Assembly (NCBI GenBank): GCA_951406725.2
Contig: OX597817.1
Span: 161,882,001-161,946,000 of the forward strand
Length of the DNA stretch: 64,000 nucleotides
Source of the DNA: Octopus vulgaris
Taxonomy: Eukaryota
Reading direction: 5' to 3'
Position 1 is the first letter of the stretch, and every line of letters begins with the position of its first letter. Below are positions 57,375 through 64,000 of this stretch, piece after piece. The notes beneath the pieces are model-generated. The model saw nothing but the letters and a program-made list of their open reading frames with translations. It did no database searches and had not been told where the DNA came from. A program made the translations under genes and the position numbers.

Positions 57375-57791
57375 TACGAGCTGGCAGAAACGTTAGCATG
57401 CCGGGCGAAATACTTAGAGGTATTTCGTCTGCCGCTACGTTCTGAGTTCAAATTTCGCCGAGATCGACTTTGCCTTTCATCCTTTCGGGGTCGATAAATT
57501 AAAGTACCAGTTACGCACTGATGTCGATGTAATGGACTTAATACCTATGTCTGTCTTTGTTTGTCCCCTCTATGTTTAGCCCCTTATGGGTAATAAAGAA
57601 ATAGGTATTTCGTCTGAGTTCAAATTCCGCCGAGGTCGACTTTGCCTTTCATCCTTTCGGGGTCGATAAATTAAGTACCAGTTACACACTGGGGTCGATA
57701 TAATCAACTTAATATGTTTGTCTGTCCTTGTTTGTCCCCTATATGTTCGTCCTCTCTGTGCCTAGCCCCTTGTGGGTAGTAAAGAAATAGG
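57375..57791 (+). mobile_element. SINE family B, two-unit tandem
   Basis: Body repeated after AAAGAAATAGGTATTTCGTCTG. Confidence 0.9.
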
Positions 57792-58488
57792 TGTCTAGCT
57801 TTTGTGCAGGTTTCGTTCGTAGTTTAAACGATGTGAGAAGAAACATCAATTTGTTTGGGGATATTTAAAAAATAAAATTGTTATAACTTTAGTTAAAATA
57901 ACTTGAAATTTATTCAGTGTTTTGTGTAAAATACAGTGTAGGTTGCTCGGTGATATTTTTCAGAATTTAAACTTCTTTCATATTAAAATCAGGCTAGTGG
58001 GGATAGTTACGTTCTTGCTTTCCTGATTGACATCTGTAGTCACCTTGTAACTAGATGAATTATACCTCATTCACCTGAAGAAATGCTGCTAAGCATTTCA
58101 TCCAACTGGCTAACAATTCAGCCGGCTTGTCACTTTTGTGCAAAATATGTCAACACCATTTTAGCCATTGTTTCTGTTCAGCCTTTCTGGATTTTTTTTC
58201 ATTTCTAATCATTTTTATATTCCTGGGGCAACAAACATAACATCTTGTATCTTTTATCTTTCGTCTTTTAATTGTTTCAGTCATCCGACGGTGGCCATGC
58301 TGAGGCACCACTTTGAAAGATTTTAGTTGAATAAATCAACGCCAGGACTTGTTATTTTTAAGGCTGCTATTTATTCTATTGGTCTCTTGCCAAGCCATTA
58401 AAGTTACAGGGACATGGACCGGTCGTCAAGCAGTGGTTGGGAACAAACACTAACACAAAGACACACGCATATAGACACACACACACTG

Positions 58489-58871
58489 TGGAAGCACTCC
58501 GTCGGTTACGACGATGAGGGTTCCGGTTGATCCGAATCAACGGAACAGCCTGCTCGTGAAATTAACGTGTAAGTGGCTGAGCACTCCACAGACACGTGTA
58601 CCCTTAACGTAGTTCTCGGGGATATTCAGCGTGACACAGAGAGTGACAAGGCCGGCCCTTTGAAATACAGGTACAACAGAAACAGGAAGTAAGAGTGAAA
58701 GAAAGTTGTGGTGAAAGAGTACAGCAGGGATCACCACCATCCCCTGCCGGAGCCTCGTGGAGCTTTAGGTGTTTTCGCTCAATAAATACTCACAACGCCC
58801 GGTCTGGGAATCGAAACCGCGATCCTATGACCGCGAGTCCGCTGCCCTAACCACTGGGCCATTGCGCCTCC
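58489..58871 (-). mobile_element. SINE family C nested in the (CA)n tract of an old SINE A (58262-59045)
   Basis: Full C copy with (CA)n on both sides; A halves outside. Confidence 0.9.
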
Positions 58872-59049
58872 ACACACACACACACACACACACGCACACA
58901 CATATATACAACGAACTTCTTTCATTTTCTGTCTACCAAATCCATTCACAAGGATTTGCTCAGCACAGGGAAATCAGTAGAAGTCACTTACACAAAAAGA
59001 ACCATGTCGTGGGACTGAACTTAGAACCATGTGGTTGGGAAGCGAACGT

Positions 59050-59655
59050 CTTATTTTTTTTTATTGCCCACAAGGGGCTAAATATAGAAGGGGCAAACAA
59101 GGACAGATAAACGGATTAAGTCGATTACATCGACTCCAGTGCGTAACTGGTACTTATTTAATCGACCTCGAAAGGATGAAAGGCAAAGTCGACATCGGCG
59201 GAATTTGAACTCAGAACGTAGCGGCTGACGAAATACCTATTTCTTTACTGCCCACAAGGGGTTACACACAGAGGAGACAAACAATGACAGACAAACGGAT
59301 TAAGTCGATTATATCGACCCCGGTACGTAACTGGTACCTAATTTATCGACCCCGAAAGGATGAAAAGCAAAGTCGACCTCGGTGGAATTTGAACTCAGAA
59401 CGTAACGGCGGAAGAAATACCTATTTCTTTACTACCCACAAGGGGCCAAACACAGAGAGGACAAACAAGGACAGACAAAGGGATTAAGTCGATTATATCG
59501 ACCCCAGTGCGTAACTGGTACTTATTTAATCGACTCCGAAAGGATGAAAGGCAAAGTCGACCTTGGCGGAATTTGAACTCACAATGTAACGGCAGACGAA
59601 ATACCGCTTAGCATTTCGCCCGGCATGCTAACGTTTCTGCCAGCTCGCCGCCTTA
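59050..59655 (-). mobile_element. SINE family B, head + three tandem bodies
   Basis: Units of ~182 bp starting at about 59055, 59237 and 59420. Confidence 0.92.
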
Positions 59656-59746
59656 CCTGTGTGGTAAGAAGCGAACTTCTTACCATACAGCCACACCCGT
59701 ATGTTTGCTTGAAAATTATTTCATCAGTGTTTTGACAAGTGGTGGT

Positions 59747-59779
<33 letters not shown>

Positions 59780-59791
59780 GGTGGTGGTGGT

Positions 59792-59831
<40 letters not shown>

Positions 59832-60160
59832 CGTGTGTGTGTGTGTGTGTATGCGTGCGTGTGCGTGTATGTGTATGTGTGTTTGTGTGCAGGGAACAAA
59901 CTGTCAAGATTGTTAGAATGTTGAATAGAACAGCTTGCTCTAACCGTCCTTCTGACTTAGTACAGTTAATTAATTAGTTGCTTTAAGTGATGAGCTCATC
60001 TAGGACAACTCTACCGAAGATTTCGTTCTGTCATCACTGAACCTAGAAGAGTTAGCAATGCCATGAGTTAACCTACAATAACGACACTAGACAACAGCTA
60101 GTGACATCATTAATTTATTTAGGCCAACATACTCTTACTGGTACATTGACTGGCACAAAA

Positions 60161-60390
60161 CCTATTTCTTTACTGCCCACAAGGGGCCAAAAACAGAGAG
60201 GACAAACAAGGACAGACACACGGATTAAGTCGATTACATCGACTCCCAGTGCGTAACTGGTGCTTATTTAATCGACCCCGAAAGGATGAAAGTCAAAGTC
60301 GACCTCGGCGGAATTTGAACTCAGAACGTAACGGCAGACGAAATACGGCTACGCATTTCGCCCGTCGTGCTAACGTTTCTGCCAGCTCGC
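60161..60390 (-). mobile_element. SINE family B
   Basis: Full copy. Confidence 0.9.
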
Positions 60391-60394
60391 TATC

Positions 60395-60630
60395 CCCACC
60401 TCCTCAGTCGAGCAGTCTTGTCTTCTGAGTCACTTGGTGTCATCAGTGGTGTTCCTGCCATGTGAAAAGCACCCAGTATACATTCTGTAAAGTGGTCGGC
60501 ATTAGGAAGGGCATCCCCAGCTACAGAAGCCGTGCCAAAAGTAGACAAAAAGGAACTTGGTATGATCTTCTGGCTTGCTGTCACCTGTCGAACCGTCCAA
60601 CACATGCCAGCATGGAAAACAAATGTTGAA
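60395..60630 (+). mobile_element. Retroposon 3' end running into (GAT)n
   Basis: GGCATTAGGAAGGGCATCC...CATGCCAGCATGGAAAAC then (GAT)n; family not identified. Confidence 0.5.
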
Positions 60631-60824
60631 TGATGATGATGATGATGACGACAACGATGATGACGACGACGATGATGCTGATGATGACGATGATGACGAT
60701 GATGATGATGATGATGACAACGACGACGATAATGATGATGACAATTGTGATGGTGATGATGACAATAATGATGACGACGATGACGATGATTCAAGAATAT
60801 GTATCAAAACAGACACTGAATGAT

Positions 60825-60857
<33 letters not shown>

Positions 60858-60996
60858 GGAGGAGGAGGAGGAGGAGGAGGAGGAGGAGGAGGAGGAGGAG
60901 GAGGAGGAGGAGGAGGAGGAGGAGGAGGATGACGATGACGGTGACGACGACGATGATGATGATGATGATGATGACGATGATGACGATGACGATGAC

Positions 60997-61027
<31 letters not shown>

Positions 61028-61131
61028 CTGATGATGATGATGACGGTGACGACGCCGCCGCCGATGATGACGATGATGGCGATGATGATGATGATGATAA
61101 TGATGATGACGACGACGATGGTGATGATGAT
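60628..61131. repeat. (GAT/GAC)n and (GAG)n trinucleotide tracts
   Basis: Direct reading. Confidence 0.95.
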
Positions 61132-61863
61132 TACAAGAACACGCATGTCATGATATAATCTGGGACAGCATTACGGAACACTTAGTTTATACCATCAATT
61201 AATCTGGGACAACATCATAAGAACGATCATGTCAGTAATTAACCAAAGACTTCATAGTTATGTCATTAATTAATATAGAACATCTTAGAACAGTGTATGT
61301 TGTCATTAATTAGCCTAGGACATCATAGTTGTGTCATTAATTAACCTGAGACTACACTACAGGTCAGTTTGCCATATTCAAAAAGGAAAAAACAAAAAAA
61401 ACATTGCTCAGGCAAGAAAATGGTAAAATTTATGAGAATTTGTAGGAAAAACACTTCAAAGAAGTACTAATTTCACGTTAATTAATTATATTAAATTTTA
61501 GTAAATTCCTCAATTCTGCAATAAAGCATTCCTTAGTTGTATTTTATTTACATATTATTAATATCATTATCCGCAACACGTAATCACGGAGCTGTGAGTT
61601 CGAGTCTTATAGCCGGCTGCCAACACTTTTTTCTGCAAAATAAGGATAGCTTATCCTGTTCAGGTTATATTATTAGCATCATCCTGCGTTTGAGAAATTA
61701 ATATCACTTCTTTAACTTTCTGAGACATCTCAACGCTTCTAAAGCAAACTTTGTTTGTTTGTTTGTGTTCATTACCATTATAATTATTATTATTATTATT
61801 AATATTATTATTATTATTATCATTATTATTATTATTATCATCACTATTATTATTATTATTATT

Positions 61864-62030
61864 GAGTGAGAGAGCAGTTCATGCCATCAAAGTGACACTG
61901 GGGTAAAATATACGAAGCCCAATATACCCATCATGACTACCCGTCTGATAAGGGTACACCAGGCACATGCATCACAACCATATGTGCGCGACATGGTGAT
62001 CTCATATCAAGATAAACAGCACATGACCTT
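61864..62030 (-). mobile_element. Non-coding (TAA)n-embedded repeat, 3' end
   Basis: Same terminus as the 7840 copy (ATT|GAGTGAGAGAGCAG). Confidence 0.85.
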
Positions 62031-62059
62031 ATTATTATTATTATTATTATTATAATTAC

Positions 62060-62104
<45 letters not shown>

Positions 62105-62107
62105 CAC

Positions 62108-62159
<52 letters not shown>

Positions 62160-62161
<2 letters not shown>

Positions 62162-62790
62162 GGGTGGAGATGCAGCAGCCTCAGCACATGCCTGTGGATC
62201 AGCAACCGCTGCATGCCTGGCCCTCCATTCAGCGGCTGTTGACAGTGGATGGACCGCCTGTCAAGAGGAACATGCCCCTTCCACAGAACGTGAAAGTGTA
62301 TACTCTCTAACTTGTTTAGGCATGACTCGTGACAAGGCATGATGGTCAGACGGTAGTAGATGACTGATGTGATGTACGTATTTGCCACCTCTGCCCAACC
62401 TTTAAGGGACAGTTTCCTCTCAGCCTATTTCTGAGTGAGTAGCTTAACAAGTCCATCTGTCCAGCACCCAATGACACTGTTGGATGGCATTAGACCTGCC
62501 TTTCCAGGTACCGAGTTGCAGGCCTACTGATCTGTCCGGGTTAATCTTCGCTCCTATCACTACTTCATATTCCCTTAGAGCAGTGCTGATTGCCTCAATG
62601 TGTGTGACGTCCGACAGGGCCATGGTGACGTTGTCTGCATATGCCGACATGCTTCTCTTGCAACCTAGCTTTTGCAGAAAACTGCTCAACGCCTCCGTTT
62701 TCTGTAGAGTGGCTCCTTAAGCTCAACACATACAGAAGAGGCGAGAGAGGGTAACCTTGGTGGACAGGGCGCAAAATATTAAATGATTCT
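62160..62790 (-). mobile_element. Tx1/L1-clade RT fragment, degraded
   Basis: SAYADNVT...YEVVIGAKINPDRSVGLQLGTW; LSLKG...; LWKG...PLNGGPG. Confidence 0.75.
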
Positions 62791-62927
62791 GATAGTTAGC
62801 CACCGAGGAGATGCCGCCATAAATTGTCGAGATCCGGCTCCTAAAAACCGGCCCAAACCCCTCCATTTCTGATTTGTATTTGTGTCCCTGTGTGTTCTAT
62901 GTAAGGTTATGTAGCCAATAAAGAAAA

Positions 62928-62967
<40 letters not shown>

Positions 62968-62970
<3 letters not shown>

Positions 62971-63470
62971 TAGTTTTATTTTTATAGCGTGCTTTCACTT
63001 CACTACCGAGCGCAGCTCTGTGTGCCTTGGGTATGTGCTGTGATTTGTTGTGATGCTCTGATGGTTATTGTATGGAAAGTGTTCTGCGTAGGATGTGTGC
63101 AGTGCCTAGTAGTGTAATTTTCTGTATGTTATATGTGTTTGTAAGTCCTGGTGTTTTTGTTATGTATTTGTCTGAATATTTTTTTATCATGCCTAATGCA
63201 CCTACTATGATAGGAATTGTTTCTGTTTTCAGGTTCCACATTCTAGTTACCTCTATTTCCAGGTCTTTGTATTTTGAGAGTTTCTCCATTTCTTTTAGAG
63301 ACACGTTGTCATCTGCCGGTATTGATACATCAATTAGGAAGCATTTTTTTCTTCATGATCTCTGACAACTATATCTGGTCTGTTGGCCTTAATTTCTCTA
63401 TCTGTGTGTATCGGCATATCCCAGAGTATGGTTGCTTTCTCGTTTTCTGTGACCTTTTCTGGTGTGTGCC
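62968..63470 (-). mobile_element. R4/Dong-clade LINE 3' end (RLE) within (TAA)n
   Basis: ILWDMPIHTDREIKANRPDIVV; KLSKYKDLEIEVTRMW...PIIVGALG...IQKITLLGTAHILRRTL; (TAA)n on both sides. Confidence 0.9.
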
Positions 63471-63509
63471 TATAATTATTATTATTATTATTATTATTAA
63501 TATTATTAT

Positions 63510-63721
63510 GGCAGCGAGCTCGCAGAATTGTTAGCATGCCGGGCAAAATGCTTAGCAGTATTTCGTCTGTCACTATGTTCTAAGTCCAAATTCCACCGAG
63601 GTCAACTTTGCCTTTCATCCTTCCAGGGTTGACTAAATAAGTACCAGTCAAGTACTGAGGTCAATGTAATCGACTAAATACCTTCCCCCAAATTTGAAGC
63701 CTTGTGCTTCCAGTAGACAGG

Positions 63722-63725
<4 letters not shown>
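63510..63725 (+). mobile_element. SINE family B-type copy (short tail)
   Basis: GGCAGCGAGCTCGCAGAATTGTTAGCATGCCGGGC... Confidence 0.8.
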
Positions 63726-63793
<68 letters not shown>

Positions 63794-64000
63794 TTAACAA
63801 CACTGGGCAAAATACTAAGTGGTATTTCATTTGTTTTTATGTTCTGAGTTCAAATTCTGCCAAGGTCGACTTTGCCTTTCATCCTTTTGGATACACACAA
63901 ACTATAATACTAACCACATATTTTTTATCCTTTATTCTTTTACTTGTTTCAGTTATTTGACTGTGGCCATGATGGAGCACCAATTTGGAAGGATTTAGTT

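Larger units (their letters stand above)
56130..58050 (-). pseudogene. Possible heavily degraded Penelope-like ORF remnant (interrupted by SINEs)
   Basis: Weak frameshifted traces: NSCWKN, (C)NC-RN...PWD..C, YYEVSQRIQRIRFN resemble the Penelope linker and GIY-YIG order; by-eye only. Confidence 0.3.

Noticed and set aside
58537-58740. Recurrent small ORF MVVIPAVLFHHNFLS... (also 22569, 26078, 41569)
   Set aside because: Lies inside SINE family C; recurrence reflects repeat copy number, and the frame is broken in other copies.
60575-61158. Asp/Glu-rich ORFs resembling acidic biomineral proteins
   Set aside because: Pure (GAT)/(GAG) tracts continuing from a retroposon tail; no signal peptide or splice context.

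Overview
AT-rich, repeat-saturated eukaryotic intergenic or intronic DNA. The repeat complement (tRNA-derived SINEs, Dong/R4, CR1, RTE and Tx1 LINE pieces, very long microsatellites) resembles an octopus/coleoid cephalopod genome; this is an inference. No host protein-coding gene is recognisable, and most ORF-track entries are microsatellite or SINE artefacts. The only long real ORF is a nearly intact CR1-group LINE ORF2 (APE endonuclease + RT, ~33735-36685, one frameshift). It sits in the (TA)n tract of a SINE and shares its 3' stem-loop with that SINE family. The most unusual signal is a set of short elements, most embedded in microsatellites, that resemble Penelope pseudo-LTRs and carry minimal type I hammerhead-ribozyme-like folds. 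Their core 3:8 pair covaries across families (C:G, G:C, U:A) and one family has a fixed A6U change. Coordinates were read by eye and repeat boundaries are approximate (about +/-10-20 bp).
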